Counted from the first letter of the stretch, positions 20,970 to 31,433 are shown. The stretch is 64,000 nt of DNA from Myxococcota bacterium (GCA_025057315.1 JANWXW010000079.1:3434-67433), one strand, 5' to 3'. Numbers and translations: made by a program. Notes: generated by a model from the sequence alone, not told the origin.

Positions 20970-23298
20970 GTTTGCGGGCCTGCCGGCGCGCGGCGGGGTT
21001 GTCGCGAATCTGCACCAGGCTAGCTGGCGTGCGGTCGTAACTCAGCACGCCCCCTTGGCGGTCGGCCTGGCCAAAGGTCAGCACGCCCGTCGGGCAGCTG
21101 TACACACAGGCCGAGCAGCGCACACACTCAGGGTCCTGCATCGGCAGGCCTCTGTTGGCAAAGCTCATGACGTCGATGCCCTGGTGGCACACCGACGTGC
21201 ACACATTGCAGCTGATGCACTTTTTCTTGTCGGCGAAGATGCGGAAGCGCGAAAAACGCGCATAGATGTGCATAAGGGCCGCCAGCGGGCAGGCGAAGCG
21301 GCACCAGACCCGCCCCGAAAACCAAAAGTAGCAGCCCAGTCCGACCACGCCGGCCAGGAACAGGTCCACCACGTGGTAGTAGTCCAGCAGCGAGCCGCTG
21401 AAAAATGCCCTGTGATAGAGCCGGCCCAGCACCTGACCCAGCGCGCTGCTCGGCCCCACCCAGCTGGCAATCCGCGCCAGCAGCAGCACGAGGCAGATGG
21501 CCAGCAAGAGCTGACCGAGCATGTTCAGCCGGTTCCACAGCGGGCCGTGCGGCATGCGGTGGCGATGGTCATCACCCAGCGTCTCGGCCAGTGCTCCGCA
21601 GGAGCAGATCCAACCGCAGTAGGCGCCCTTGCCCCAGCGCCACACCAGCAGCGGAAGGAGAACAAAGGTCTGCACCACCGAGATGATCAGCCACCACGTG
21701 AGCGGCTGCTCATGGAAGACGTTCCAGACAAAGAGCGGCCAGGCCAGGATGAGGCCGCATGCGCGCCAGTAGCTTCCGTCGGGAAATAGGTTGTCTCCCA
21801 CGGTCTTCATGAGGCCTGAGGAAAACAGGCCGAGCTGCCCGAGCCACGGTAGAACAAGGTAGGGCAGGACAAACAGCGGCACCGTCTGCACGGCCATCAG
21901 GGTGAGCGTCTGCCGCCGGATGTAGGGCGTCGGACGCCGCCGCATGCGCCGCACGCCGAACACCAGGACCAGGAGCGTATAGACCAGCGAGTAGTGGAAG
22001 CCGGGCTCGCGCACCGCAGCGGTCAGCGTGCGCCCCAGGGCCCCCTCCCCCAGGGCGGGCAGGTTAAAGGGGAACAGGCCATGGGCGCGGAAGAACTCGC
22101 GGACCGATGTCGCCCCCTTCCAACTATAGATAAACAGGCACAGCGCAAGGAAGAGCAAGCACCCTACCACCCGCCGGGGGCTCCAGTCGCCTGCGATACG
22201 GACTCCCGCGCGCCGCAGCAAGCCCAGCGGTGCCTCACGGCCGATCATCACAAAGACGACATCGTTGGGTAGCTGGACCTGCCTGCCCTCGGCATCTTCC
22301 AGCACCACCTCCGCCGGCCGGATTTCTCGGACGTGGGAGGACAGCTGCAGCGTAAGGCGGCCAGGCCGGCAGACCTGCTGCAGGAGCGCGCCGGGGGCGG
22401 GGATCATGTGCTCGACGCGGGGGGGCTCCACCCCGAGCAGAACGGTCGGGTCCGCGGCCAGCCGCTGGAGGCGCTCCAGGTTGTCGGGCTTGGGCCGAAC
22501 CAGCTCGGATTTGCGGTAAGCAAGGGTCACCTCTGCCCCGCACTCCGCCAGGGCGATCGCGGCCTCCACGGCGCTGTCGCCCCCTCCGACGACGAGGGCG
22601 CGGTGGCCGTGCCAGTCCATGGGGTCATGCAGGCGATGGTAGACCTTGGCCAGATCCTCACCGGGGACTCCCAGACGGCGGAAGTGGCCGCTGCGCCCGA
22701 TGGCCATGATGACCCGCAGGGCCTGGAGCACCTGGCCACCGTCGAGATGGCAGCACAGCAGCCCCCCCTGGCGCCGCACGGACTCGACGCGAGCCAGGCG
22801 CACCTGGATGCCCGCGGTTTGGGCATAAAGCTCCTCCAGCAGGGCTTCCTTGACCCGAGCAGAAACCTGCAGCCTGCCCGCCGGCCGCATCTGCTGCGGA
22901 TAGGTGTAAATCGGCTTGCCCCGGGGAAGGTGAACCAGCGTCGAGAACGGCTGTGCAGCCTCGACGATCGCGTAGCGCAGGCCAGCCTGCTCGGCCTCCA
23001 GCGCGGCGGCCATACCGGACACACCGGCGCCAACAATGACAAGGTCCAGCACCCCGTTAGGTCGAGGCGCCCGCACAAACGCCGGATCCGCGACGATGGT
23101 CTGCACGGCGCGCGCCCCGCTGTCGCAGGCGAACTTGAGCAGGGGCACGCCGGTCAGATCGCCCGTCACGTACAGGCCCGGCACAGCCGTGCTGCCATCT
23201 GGGTGCACCTCGGGCAGCCGCTCCACGGTTCCTGCGGGCCAGCCCGTGTGGAGCCAGTGCATGTAGCGCAGCAGGGGGTTGCGCCGCCTCTGGGGCAT
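20956..23298 (-). CDS. fusion protein: NAD(P)/FAD-dependent oxidoreductase domain + polytopic membrane domain with NapH/NosR-like CxxxCP and two 4Fe-4S ferredoxin motifs (780 aa)
   Basis: Two GxGxxG dinucleotide-binding motifs (DLVIVGAGVSGMAAA, ALVVGGGDSAVEAA) and several TM helices. Membrane-domain motifs are CGWICSCG and CRFACPLAA, followed by CISCNVCTSVCHQ and CVRCSACVYSCPTG. Confidence 0.7.
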   Translation of the reverse strand: MPQRRRNPLLRYMHWLHTGWPAGTVERLPEVHPDGSTAVPGLYVTGDLTGVPLLKFACDSGARAVQTIVADPAFVRAPRPNGVLDLVIVGAGVSGMAAALEAEQAGLRYAIVEAAQPFSTLVHLPRGKPIYTYPQQMRPAGRLQVSARVKEALLEELYAQTAGIQVRLARVESVRRQGGLLCCHLDGGQVLQALRVIMAIGRSGHFRRLGVPGEDLAKVYHRLHDPMDWHGHRALVVGGGDSAVEAAIALAECGAEVTLAYRKSELVRPKPDNLERLQRLAADPTVLLGVEPPRVEHMIPAPGALLQQVCRPGRLTLQLSSHVREIRPAEVVLEDAEGRQVQLPNDVVFVMIGREAPLGLLRRAGVRIAGDWSPRRVVGCLLFLALCLFIYSWKGATSVREFFRAHGLFPFNLPALGEGALGRTLTAAVREPGFHYSLVYTLLVLVFGVRRMRRRPTPYIRRQTLTLMAVQTVPLFVLPYLVLPWLGQLGLFSSGLMKTVGDNLFPDGSYWRACGLILAWPLFVWNVFHEQPLTWWLIISVVQTFVLLPLLVWRWGKGAYCGWICSCGALAETLGDDHRHRMPHGPLWNRLNMLGQLLLAICLVLLLARIASWVGPSSALGQVLGRLYHRAFFSGSLLDYYHVVDLFLAGVVGLGCYFWFSGRVWCRFACPLAALMHIYARFSRFRIFADKKKCISCNVCTSVCHQGIDVMSFANRGLPMQDPECVRCSACVYSCPTGVLTFGQADRQGGVLSYDRTPASLVQIRDNPAARRQARKHDTE

Positions 23299-23442
23299 CT
23301 ACGGTCTCCTGGTCTCTGCTCTGCCCCGGCCCAGCCGCGCCGGGGAGGGGATGTAGCCGGTCTGGGGCCTCGGCCAGGCGGGGGGCTGCCTTCGGACCGC
23401 GGGACAACCCGCTGGCGCACAGGCCGATCAATGTCTATTCTA

Positions 23443-23458
23443 TTTACCGTTCGGTAAA
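23443..23458. promoter_or_regulatory. candidate TetR operator: perfect inverted repeat TTTACCG-TT-CGGTAAA, 6 nt upstream of the tetR start
   Basis: Read directly in the sequence (tatttaccgttcggtaaaag). It sits between divergent genes and overlaps the tetR RBS region. Confidence 0.5.
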
Positions 23459-23463
23459 AGGCC

Positions 23464-24084
23464 ATGCAGACCGTCTCGCAAACCCAGCCCGACCTGACGC
23501 CCGCCGAGGCCCGCGAGCGCATTGTTCAGGCTGCCTTTCGCCTGTTTGGTCGTCAGGGCTATACCCAGACGTCTGTTCAGGAAATCGCGGCCGCTGCGGG
23601 CGTGAAGAAACCCGTTCTTTACTACTATTTTGGGAGCAAGGAAGGCCTGTACCGGGCGCTGGTGGAGCAAAGCGCGTACCTGCTGCGTCGGCTGGTCAGT
23701 GAGGCCACCGACCCCTGCGGAGCGGACGAGCCGATTGGGGCGCGCATGGGCCGCCTGGCCGAGACCCTCATTGGCCTGGCCCGGGACAACAAGGACCCGG
23801 TGCGGTTCTTCTTTGCCCATTTTCTTGCGGCCGACGAGGACCGGCCGGCCTGCGACACCGGCGCCCTGGAGACGGAGCCGCGCCACCTGCTGCGCCAGCT
23901 GGCTCAGGAAGGCATCGCGCGGGGCGAGCTGCGCGGCGACGCCGCTGACCTGGAGCGTCTGGTGATGGGTGGCATCCAATACAGCATCATCAACTACCTG
24001 CGCCGCCCGGAAGAGGAGCCGCTCGATCCGGGCCTGGGCGAGCGCATCGTGCGAGCGGCCCTGGCTGGCTTCGCCGTTCGCTGA
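23464..24084 (+). CDS. TetR/AcrR family transcriptional regulator
   Basis: N-terminal HTH (GYTQTSVQEIAAAAGVKKPVLYYYFGSKEGLY). Lies directly upstream of the MFP-RND genes. Confidence 0.85.
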   Translation: MQTVSQTQPDLTPAEARERIVQAAFRLFGRQGYTQTSVQEIAAAAGVKKPVLYYYFGSKEGLYRALVEQSAYLLRRLVSEATDPCGADEPIGARMGRLAETLIGLARDNKDPVRFFFAHFLAADEDRPACDTGALETEPRHLLRQLAQEGIARGELRGDAADLERLVMGGIQYSIINYLRRPEEEPLDPGLGERIVRAALAGFAVR

Positions 24085-24108
24085 GCATCTGAGTCCAAGG
24101 AGGTCTGC

Positions 24109-25266
24109 TTGCGCACTTCGGTGTCCGTTCTGTTGCTGACGGGGCTGCTCCTGGCGGCACCCTCGTGCCGGCGCAGCGAGGCATTGTCCAGCCAAGAGCG
24201 TCCGCCGCCCGCTGAGATGCCGACCGTGGAGGTGGTGGCCGCGGTGCGTCATCGCTTTGCGGGGCGCGTGCCCATCACCGGCGAGCTGCGGCCGGTGCGG
24301 GAGGTGTCCATCAAGTCGCGCATCGGTGGCGACGTGGTCGACCTGCGCGTGGAGGAGGGCGACCGGGTCCGCAAAGGCCAGCTCCTGGCCCGCATTGCCG
24401 GCAGCAGCCAGCGTGCCCAGTTGGCCGGGGCGCAGGCCGCTGTGGCGATGGCCGAGGCAGCACGCGCCCGCGCCGTTTCGGAACTGGAGCGCATCGAGCG
24501 CGACCGCCAGCGCATCGAGGCCCTGTACGAAAAGGGAGCAATTGACCGCAAGACCCTGGACGACATCCGCTCAGCAGCACGGCTGGCCGAGGCAGCGGTC
24601 CAGGGCGCCGAGGCGCAGGTGCGCCAGGCTCGAGCTGGTCTGTCTGCGGCCCGCACCGGCGTTGCAGACACCGTCTATCGCGCCCCCTTCGATGGCATTG
24701 TCAGCCGACGTGGAGTCCAGCTGCACGAGTACCTGGACACGATGAAAAACCGCGAGATCGTAGCCATCGTGGATAACTCCGAGATGGAGCTGCAGGGGGC
24801 GGTGGCCAGCTCGCTGGCCGTGGGCATTGAGCCGGGTGCTCGCGTCGAGTTCGAGGTTGGCGCTCTGCGCGAGCGGTCCGTTGTCGGGCAGGTCGTGGCG
24901 GTTAGCCCGGTGGTCGATCCGCGGACCCGCACCGTGCGCTTGCGCGTGCGCGTGCCCAACCCAGAGGGCCGGCTCAAGGGCGGCATGTACGCCACTGGCT
25001 ATGTGGCCGTCGGCGGGGAGCGCGAGACCGTGGGTGTGCCGGCACACGCGGTGCACCACGAAGAGGCTGCTGCCGACGGCGGCGAGGAGCGAAGCGTGGT
25101 CTGGCGCGTACGAGAGGGGACAGCGGAGAAGGTCGTGGTGCAGACCGGCGCGCAGGACGGTGACCTCGTGGAAATCGTGAGCGGCATCCAGGCCGGCGAC
25201 CTGGTGGTGGTCAGCTCGCCCGGGGCACTGCGTCCGGGCACAGCCGTTCGTACCAAGGTCCCGTAG
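24109..25266 (+). CDS. efflux RND transporter periplasmic adaptor subunit (MFP/HlyD family)
   Basis: Signal/anchor N-terminus, coiled-coil hairpin, and beta-barrel plus membrane-proximal domains typical of the AcrA/MexA family. Lies immediately upstream of the RND pump. Confidence 0.85.
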   Translation: MRTSVSVLLLTGLLLAAPSCRRSEALSSQERPPPAEMPTVEVVAAVRHRFAGRVPITGELRPVREVSIKSRIGGDVVDLRVEEGDRVRKGQLLARIAGSSQRAQLAGAQAAVAMAEAARARAVSELERIERDRQRIEALYEKGAIDRKTLDDIRSAARLAEAAVQGAEAQVRQARAGLSAARTGVADTVYRAPFDGIVSRRGVQLHEYLDTMKNREIVAIVDNSEMELQGAVASSLAVGIEPGARVEFEVGALRERSVVGQVVAVSPVVDPRTRTVRLRVRVPNPEGRLKGGMYATGYVAVGGERETVGVPAHAVHHEEAAADGGEERSVVWRVREGTAEKVVVQTGAQDGDLVEIVSGIQAGDLVVVSSPGALRPGTAVRTKVP

Positions 25267-25278
25267 CCGAGGTGCCCC

Positions 25279-28200
25279 ATGTTTCTGTCAGAGCTATCGA
25301 TCCGCCGGCCGGTGTTCACCACCATGGTGATGGCGGCCTTCGTCGTGCTCGGCCTCTTTGCCTACCGCCGCCTCTATGTGGAGGAGCTCCCCAATGTCGA
25401 CTTCCCCGTCGTGACTGTTACCACCGCCTGGCCCGGGGCCAGTCCCGAAGCAGTGGAAAGCGACGTCACGCGTAAGATCGAAGAGGCGCTCAACACGGTC
25501 GCCGGTGTGAAGCAGCTAAGCTCCCAATCTCTGGAGGGGGTTTCCAGCGTCGTGGTCATGTTCCACCTGAACATCAAGACGGTGGATGCGGCCAACGACG
25601 TGCGCGAAAAACTGGCCCGCCTCCGCCCCGACCTGCCGCCGGATATCAAGGAGCCCGTCATTGAGCGGCTGGACCCGGCCTCGCGGCCCATTCTGTCGCT
25701 GACGCTGTCGTCGGACCGGGTGTCCATGAGAGAGCTTACCACGCTGGCCGACGATGTGCTGCGCAAGCGACTGGAGAATGTGCCTGGCGTCGGCAAGGTG
25801 ACCCTGGTGGGAGGTGACCGGCGTGAGATCGAGGTGCTTTTGGACCCGACCCGCCTGAGCGCGCAGGGCCTAACTGTGAGCGACGTCGTCAGCGCATTGC
25901 GCCAGGGCAACCTGGACTTGCCAGCTGGCCGTCTGGTGCGCGGCCCGCGAGAGACCCTGCTGCGCGTCGCCGGACGGGTGCGGCGCGTGGAGGACTTTGC
26001 CGACCTGCCCGTGCGGGCTACAAGCGGTGCCGTCGTGCGTTTGGGCGACGTGGCGGATGTTCGCGACGGGGTCGAGGAGCGGCGCAGCGCATCGTTTCTG
26101 TCCCGGGGTCACGGCACAGCGCTGACCGTGACACCCGCCGTGGCGCTGGAGGTGCAGAAGCAGTCCGGCGCCAACACGGTCGCCGTGGCGGACACCATCA
26201 TCGAGCGGCTGGCCGAGCTCCGCGCCGGTCTGCCCGACGGTGTCCGGCTAGATGTTGCCATCAACAACTCGGTCTTCGTCAAATCCAGCCTGAACCAGGT
26301 GCGCGAGGACATGGTGCTCGGCGCCCTGCTCACCGTGCTCATCGTGTATCTGTTTTTGCACAGCTGGCGCTCCACGGTGATCACGGGCCTGACCTTGCCC
26401 ATCTCGGTGATCGGCGCCTTTTGGGCCATCTGGGCCGCGGGCTTCACCCTCAACCAGCTCACCTTGATGGCATTGACCCTGGCCATCGGCCTGCTCATCG
26501 ACGATGCCATCGTGGTCCGGGAAAACATCGTACGTCACGCCCAGATGGGCAAAGACCACCGCACCGCCGCCCGCGAGGGCACCGCCGAGATCGGCCTGGC
26601 AGTGATGGCAACGACGCTGTCCATCGTCGCCGTGTTCGTGCCGGTGGCATTTATGGGCGGCATCGTGGGGCGTTTCTTCTTTCAGTTTGGCATCACCGTC
26701 AGCGTGGCGGTGCTGATATCGCTGTTTGTATCCTTCACGCTGGACCCGATGATGTCGTCGGTGTGGCCGGATCCGCATGCCCCGCGGGAGACACTCGGGT
26801 GGTTCGGCCGGGCGATGATGCGCTGGCACGACGCTTTCGAGCGCCTTGCCCAGGGCTACCGCAGCCTGCTCGGCTGGGCCCTGCGCCGCCGCGGTACAAC
26901 CCTGGCCATCACGCTCGGTGTGTTCGTCTTTACATTGGGGCTGGGTCCGCTCATCGGTTTTGCCTTCTTTCCAGACATCGACCGCGGTGAGTTCTTGGTC
27001 CTGTTCCGCACGCCGGTAGGTAGCTCCCTCCAGTACAGCGAGAAGAAGGCCCATGAGATTCTGGCCGCCATCCACCAGGACCCCGATGTGGACTACTGCT
27101 ACACGACCATCGGTGCGGGCGCCACGGGCACGGTGAACCAGGGCCAGGTGTATGTCAAGCTGCGTCCGCGTGCCCTGCGGCAGCGTCGGACCCAGCAGGT
27201 TCGTCCCGACGCGCGGGCGCGGCTGCAGCAGCTAGTGGACGTCCGCACCCAGCTGGTGGACGCTGGCGGGCCCGCCGGTCCCCTGGCACCGCTGCAGATC
27301 AGCGTCAAGGGCCCAGACCTAGGGCAGCTCGACCGAGTGGCGCAGCAGGTGCTGGCCGCGGTTCGCTCCACGCCCGGGGTGGTCGATGCCGAGATCAGCC
27401 AGGAGAAGACCCGCCCCGAGGTGCGCCTCGTGGTCGACCGCCAGCGCGCTGCTGACCTCGGGGTGAGCGTCGGCGAGGTGGCGCAGGTGCTGCGCGCTCT
27501 CATCACCGGTGAGCTGGCCGGCACCTTCGAGGATGAAGAGGCCCGCACCCACGGCGTGCGCGTGCGGCTACCGCTGCTGGAGCGAAGGTCGCCCGCTGAC
27601 ATCGCGCGGCTGCTGGTGCCTGGAGCCCCCCGGCCCGAGGGGGGCCGCACCCTGGTCTCGCTGGAGCAGGTGGCCAGCCTGCGCGATGGGCTGGGACCAT
27701 CTCAGATCAACCACATCGACCTGCAGCGCGAGGTGCGCATCACCGGCAACGTCGAGGGTCGCCCCTTGGGTAATGTGAGCCGCGACATCCGCGCCGCGGT
27801 CGACCGCTTGCGAGTTCCAGCCGGCTATACCGTGGACCTAGGCGGCCAAAGCCGCGATCTCAAGGAAACCATCGGCTACGTGCTGGAGTCGCTCATTTTG
27901 GCCATCGTCTTTATTTATCTGGTGTTGGCCTCGCAGTTCGAAAGCTTCCTGCAGCCCTTGGCCATCATGCTATCGCTGCCGCTGTCCATGGTGGGCGTGT
28001 TCCTGGCCATGCTAGCCACAGGCGGCACCATGAACATCATGACCATGATTGGCCTTATCATGCTGATGGGCCTGGTCACCAAGAACGCCATCTTGCTGGT
28101 GGACCACGCCAACCAGCGGCGGCGCGAGGGTCTGCCTCGGGACGAGGCGCTGCTGGCTGCCGGACAGGTTCGGCTGCGCCCGATTTTGATGACCACCCTG

Positions 28201-28428
28201 GCCATGATCTTCGGCATGGTGCCCCTGGCCCTGGCCCTAGGGGAGGGCTCGGAGTTTCGCTCCCCCATGGCGCGTGCGGTCATCGGGGGGCTCATCAGCT
28301 CCACCCTGCTTACGCTGGTGGTGGTGCCGGTGGTCTACACATATCTGGACAGCCTCGGCGCCTGGGTCCTGCGCCGCCTCAGGGGAGAGCAGGGGCCGAG
28401 CGGCTGGGTAGAAGCAGAGCGCAGCTGA
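25279..28428 (+). CDS. efflux RND transporter permease (AcrB/HAE1 family), 1049 aa
   Basis: 12-TM architecture with two large periplasmic loops and conserved RND TM4/TM10 regions. The N-terminus [20 protein letters not shown] is typical of AcrB-type pumps. Confidence 0.9.
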   Translation: MFLSELSIRRPVFTTMVMAAFVVLGLFAYRRLYVEELPNVDFPVVTVTTAWPGASPEAVESDVTRKIEEALNTVAGVKQLSSQSLEGVSSVVVMFHLNIKTVDAANDVREKLARLRPDLPPDIKEPVIERLDPASRPILSLTLSSDRVSMRELTTLADDVLRKRLENVPGVGKVTLVGGDRREIEVLLDPTRLSAQGLTVSDVVSALRQGNLDLPAGRLVRGPRETLLRVAGRVRRVEDFADLPVRATSGAVVRLGDVADVRDGVEERRSASFLSRGHGTALTVTPAVALEVQKQSGANTVAVADTIIERLAELRAGLPDGVRLDVAINNSVFVKSSLNQVREDMVLGALLTVLIVYLFLHSWRSTVITGLTLPISVIGAFWAIWAAGFTLNQLTLMALTLAIGLLIDDAIVVRENIVRHAQMGKDHRTAAREGTAEIGLAVMATTLSIVAVFVPVAFMGGIVGRFFFQFGITVSVAVLISLFVSFTLDPMMSSVWPDPHAPRETLGWFGRAMMRWHDAFERLAQGYRSLLGWALRRRGTTLAITLGVFVFTLGLGPLIGFAFFPDIDRGEFLVLFRTPVGSSLQYSEKKAHEILAAIHQDPDVDYCYTTIGAGATGTVNQGQVYVKLRPRALRQRRTQQVRPDARARLQQLVDVRTQLVDAGGPAGPLAPLQISVKGPDLGQLDRVAQQVLAAVRSTPGVVDAEISQEKTRPEVRLVVDRQRAADLGVSVGEVAQVLRALITGELAGTFEDEEARTHGVRVRLPLLERRSPADIARLLVPGAPRPEGGRTLVSLEQVASLRDGLGPSQINHIDLQREVRITGNVEGRPLGNVSRDIRAAVDRLRVPAGYTVDLGGQSRDLKETIGYVLESLILAIVFIYLVLASQFESFLQPLAIMLSLPLSMVGVFLAMLATGGTMNIMTMIGLIMLMGLVTKNAILLVDHANQRRREGLPRDEALLAAGQVRLRPILMTTLAMIFGMVPLALALGEGSEFRSPMARAVIGGLISSTLLTLVVVPVVYTYLDSLGAWVLRRLRGEQGPSGWVEAERS

Positions 28429-28470
28429 ATCAGCAGCGAGCCGAGCAGGCAGCAGGCGATGCCCCAGGGG

Positions 28471-29742
28471 TTATTCCAGCACCCGGGGCTCCACGCACAC
28501 CGCGGTTTCTAGCAGCACATAGAGCAGCGCCCGCTCCTGCGGCAGCAGGCCCATTCTGTCTCCCCTGCCCTCGGTGTGGTAGGTCGAAAATAGCACCCGA
28601 CCGCAACCGCGCACAAAGCTTACCGTGGCCGGCCGCCGTCCGTGCTGGGGCACCAGCGCTTCCACCCACACCTTGGGGGTGACCCGGACCGGCTGGCCAT
28701 CCAGGTCCAGGGCATCGACGGTGTTGACGCGCTCCACAGCGGTCCAGTTTTCCCGCACCTGGAAGTCGACAATACCCTGCGCGGCCAGCCAGTCCCTGAG
28801 CCCCGCGTCCTGTACGTCCGCCGGGGCGTCGTAGCTGCGTTCCATGCAGGCCGAGCCGATCTGCTGGGTTTGTCCGATCCAGTCCATGTAGCCCGGGAAG
28901 ATCTGCCGGACGAAATCATAAGTATAATCGGTCACATACAGCTTGCCGCCGCGGGCCACGAACTGCTGGAGGTTCCGCTGCACCACCGGGTCGGCCGAGG
29001 TCCTGTCGGTGCAGGTGGTCCCCTCGCTGCCCGAGCAGGGGAGGAAGACCACGTGGTACTTCATGAGCGTTTCGGGGTCGCGCAGCAGGCGCTCCGGGCT
29101 GCGCGGGTCGCGCGGGTTGGGAAAGAGGCCGTGCTCGAACAGGTCAAAGGCCAGCGAGGCCTTGTCCACGCCGAACCAACTGAGCTTGCCCAGGCCCAGC
29201 TTGGCCAGCGAGACCTCGATTTTGTCCCATGCGCCCACCACCACCGCCATGCGCGGAATGTCGTCACCTGATTCTTTGTCCATGCGACCCGGCAGGGTGG
29301 TCAGCTCTGCGGCCAGGTCCTGGTCGCCCGGCCGGACCTCGATGGGGCGCACGCGGCGAAACGCGCCCTTTTGCACCACCAGATGCAGCGGGCCCACCCA
29401 GGGGAGCGGCAACGTGAAGCGCCCATCGGCACCTGAGCGGACGTGGGGCGTGCCCTCGGGCAACCGGACGCAACGGTCGCAGTAGACTCCATCCGGGATG
29501 GGGGGCGGGCGGCGCGAGGTGACGTAGATGAGCGCGCCGGCAATGGGGATGGTGCCCTCGGGGGCTAGCACGCGGCCCGACAGACGCGCAACAATGTCAG
29601 GCTCCCGCGGCGGCAGCAAGGGTCCTGACGGATCGCCAGGGGAAGACCCCTCGGTCGGTCCTGGCTCGCTGGGGGCACGACCGAGCTGGCAGGCGACAAG
29701 AGGGAGCAAGGCCAGGGCACATAGCAGCGGGCGGGACAGCAT
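28471..29742 (-). CDS. secreted lipoprotein with N-terminal carboxypeptidase-regulatory-like domain (hypothetical)
   Basis: Lipobox LPLVACQ. A CarbopepD_reg-like segment (GRVLAPEGTIPIAGALIYVT...GADGRFTLP) is followed by a ~300-aa uncharacterised domain. Confidence 0.6.
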   Translation of the reverse strand: MLSRPLLCALALLPLVACQLGRAPSEPGPTEGSSPGDPSGPLLPPREPDIVARLSGRVLAPEGTIPIAGALIYVTSRRPPPIPDGVYCDRCVRLPEGTPHVRSGADGRFTLPLPWVGPLHLVVQKGAFRRVRPIEVRPGDQDLAAELTTLPGRMDKESGDDIPRMAVVVGAWDKIEVSLAKLGLGKLSWFGVDKASLAFDLFEHGLFPNPRDPRSPERLLRDPETLMKYHVVFLPCSGSEGTTCTDRTSADPVVQRNLQQFVARGGKLYVTDYTYDFVRQIFPGYMDWIGQTQQIGSACMERSYDAPADVQDAGLRDWLAAQGIVDFQVRENWTAVERVNTVDALDLDGQPVRVTPKVWVEALVPQHGRRPATVSFVRGCGRVLFSTYHTEGRGDRMGLLPQERALLYVLLETAVCVEPRVLE

Positions 29743-29934
29743 GGGGCACCTCCTTGGCCAGCTGAGCTGCCTCGAGTAGAAGATGGTCTCGCTGCAGAGT
29801 CAAGCCGTGGTCATGCCAGGCGGGGGCCCTGGGCCTCTTGCCGGCGGTCCCACCTCGGGACCCACCGCAGAGGGCCTCTTGACATGGGGCGCAGGAGCGC
29901 GTCTGTCAGGGCGTCTTTGCCCTGGTCCGGTCGC

Positions 29935-29950
29935 AGCCGATGCATCGGCT
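29935..29950. promoter_or_regulatory. perfect 16-bp palindrome AGCCGATGCATCGGCT in the 476-bp divergent intergenic region
   Basis: Read directly. Its reverse complement is identical. It lies ~270 bp upstream of the Kelch gene and ~190 bp upstream of the divergent lipoprotein gene. Confidence 0.3.
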
Positions 29951-30218
29951 CACCCTGACGGGCATGGAATTGCCTGCCCGAACAGGTCGATGTCCCAAGG
30001 AACACGGACCGGTCCGCAGTCAACGGTAGCTCCCTCAACGAAACCCCTTTGCATGCCGCGTGGTTCCGCTGACAGACGGTCGTGGTTCACTCCCCACTGA
30101 CTGGACAAACCGACTAGCTCTCAATTGCATCTTCAACACCTCTACGATCGCATATACAATCGCACGCGGATGTGTCCAACCTGGCACGGGGGCTCATCCT
30201 ATATGGAGGTCTTGCATC

Positions 30219-31433
30219 ATGTGGCATCGTTCCCTGGCCCTGCTTTGTGCTCTGAACATTGGCCTGGCCTGCCGGCCACCACCCCCGGCAAACTCAGAGG
30301 ACCTGGGCCCGTCTCCAGATCTGGCCCAGCCACCCGATCTGCAGATGGTGCCGGACCTGCGGGCGGATCTGCAGGCGGCGCCGGATTTGCAAATGGCGCC
30401 AGACCTGCAGGCCCCGCCGTGCCCCTATGGACAGGAGCGGGTGGATGGGGTTTGCCAATGCAAGGCTTCCCACCCCAACATCTGTCCCTCGGCGACCCAC
30501 TGTTGCGCGCAGGTGCAGCAGTGCTTGCCCGGTGGGCTCTGCTCCTCCCCGACGGCGCGGCAGCGCCACGGCCTGGCCTATGATCCCAGCCGTCAGAGCC
30601 TTGTGATCTTCGGCGGCCTGGGGGCGATGGGCGTGGTCCTGTCCGACACCTGGGAGCTGGATCCGGTCACCTTCTCGCCCATCGTCGCTGCCATGGGTCC
30701 CTCGGCCCGCTTCGGGCATGCAATGAGCTACGATGGCAACAGTCGGCGCATCCTGCTCTTTGGCGGCCGCCTGGCGAACAACACTCTGTCCGGCGAGACG
30801 TGGAGCTGGAACGGTGCGTCGTGGACTCAGCTTGCCCCGACGCGGTCTCCAGAGGCGCGCGACCTGCACGCCATGGCCTACGACAGCGTGCGCCGTCGCC
30901 TGGTGCTCTTTGGGGGCACCAACGCGATGAACATCTCCCAAAACGACACCTGGGAGTGGAACGGCACCGATTGGGAACTGCGCTCGCCCCCGACTCGGCC
31001 AAGCGCACGCGAGGGCCACGCCATGGCCTACGACAGCGTGCGTCACCAGGTGGTGCTCTTTGGGGGCTACATCGGAGGCGTGGGCTACAGCAACGAGACC
31101 TGGCTGTGGGATGGGGCGACTTGGACCCGTCCCACCCTGGCCGTGACCCCCCCACCACGCGCCTACTTTGGCATGGCCTTCGACGAGGAGCGGCGCGTGG
31201 TGGTGATGTTCTCGGGCGAGACGCCGGGCACCATGGCGCTCGATGACACCTGGGAGTGGGACGGAACGTCCTGGAGCCGCAAGATGCCGCCGTCGAGCCC
31301 GCCGCGGCGCACCAACCACCGCATGGCCTATGACGCGGGGCGCAAGCGCGTGTTGCTCTACGGCGGCGTGACCAGCGCGGTGGACCGGGACGTCTGGGCC
31401 TGGGACGGCTTCACCTGGACGAGGCTCTACTAG
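30219..31433 (+). CDS. Kelch-repeat beta-propeller lipoprotein with N-terminal PDLQ tandem repeats and a Cys-rich segment
   Basis: Lipobox NIGLAC and six-plus PDL(Q/R) repeats, then a Cys-rich stretch. Five or six Kelch blades are marked by recurring HAMAYD...LFGG and W-x-W motifs. A GGAGG SD lies 9 nt upstream of the ATG at 30219. Confidence 0.8.
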   Translation: MWHRSLALLCALNIGLACRPPPPANSEDLGPSPDLAQPPDLQMVPDLRADLQAAPDLQMAPDLQAPPCPYGQERVDGVCQCKASHPNICPSATHCCAQVQQCLPGGLCSSPTARQRHGLAYDPSRQSLVIFGGLGAMGVVLSDTWELDPVTFSPIVAAMGPSARFGHAMSYDGNSRRILLFGGRLANNTLSGETWSWNGASWTQLAPTRSPEARDLHAMAYDSVRRRLVLFGGTNAMNISQNDTWEWNGTDWELRSPPTRPSAREGHAMAYDSVRHQVVLFGGYIGGVGYSNETWLWDGATWTRPTLAVTPPPRAYFGMAFDEERRVVVMFSGETPGTMALDDTWEWDGTSWSRKMPPSSPPRRTNHRMAYDAGRKRVLLYGGVTSAVDRDVWAWDGFTWTRLY

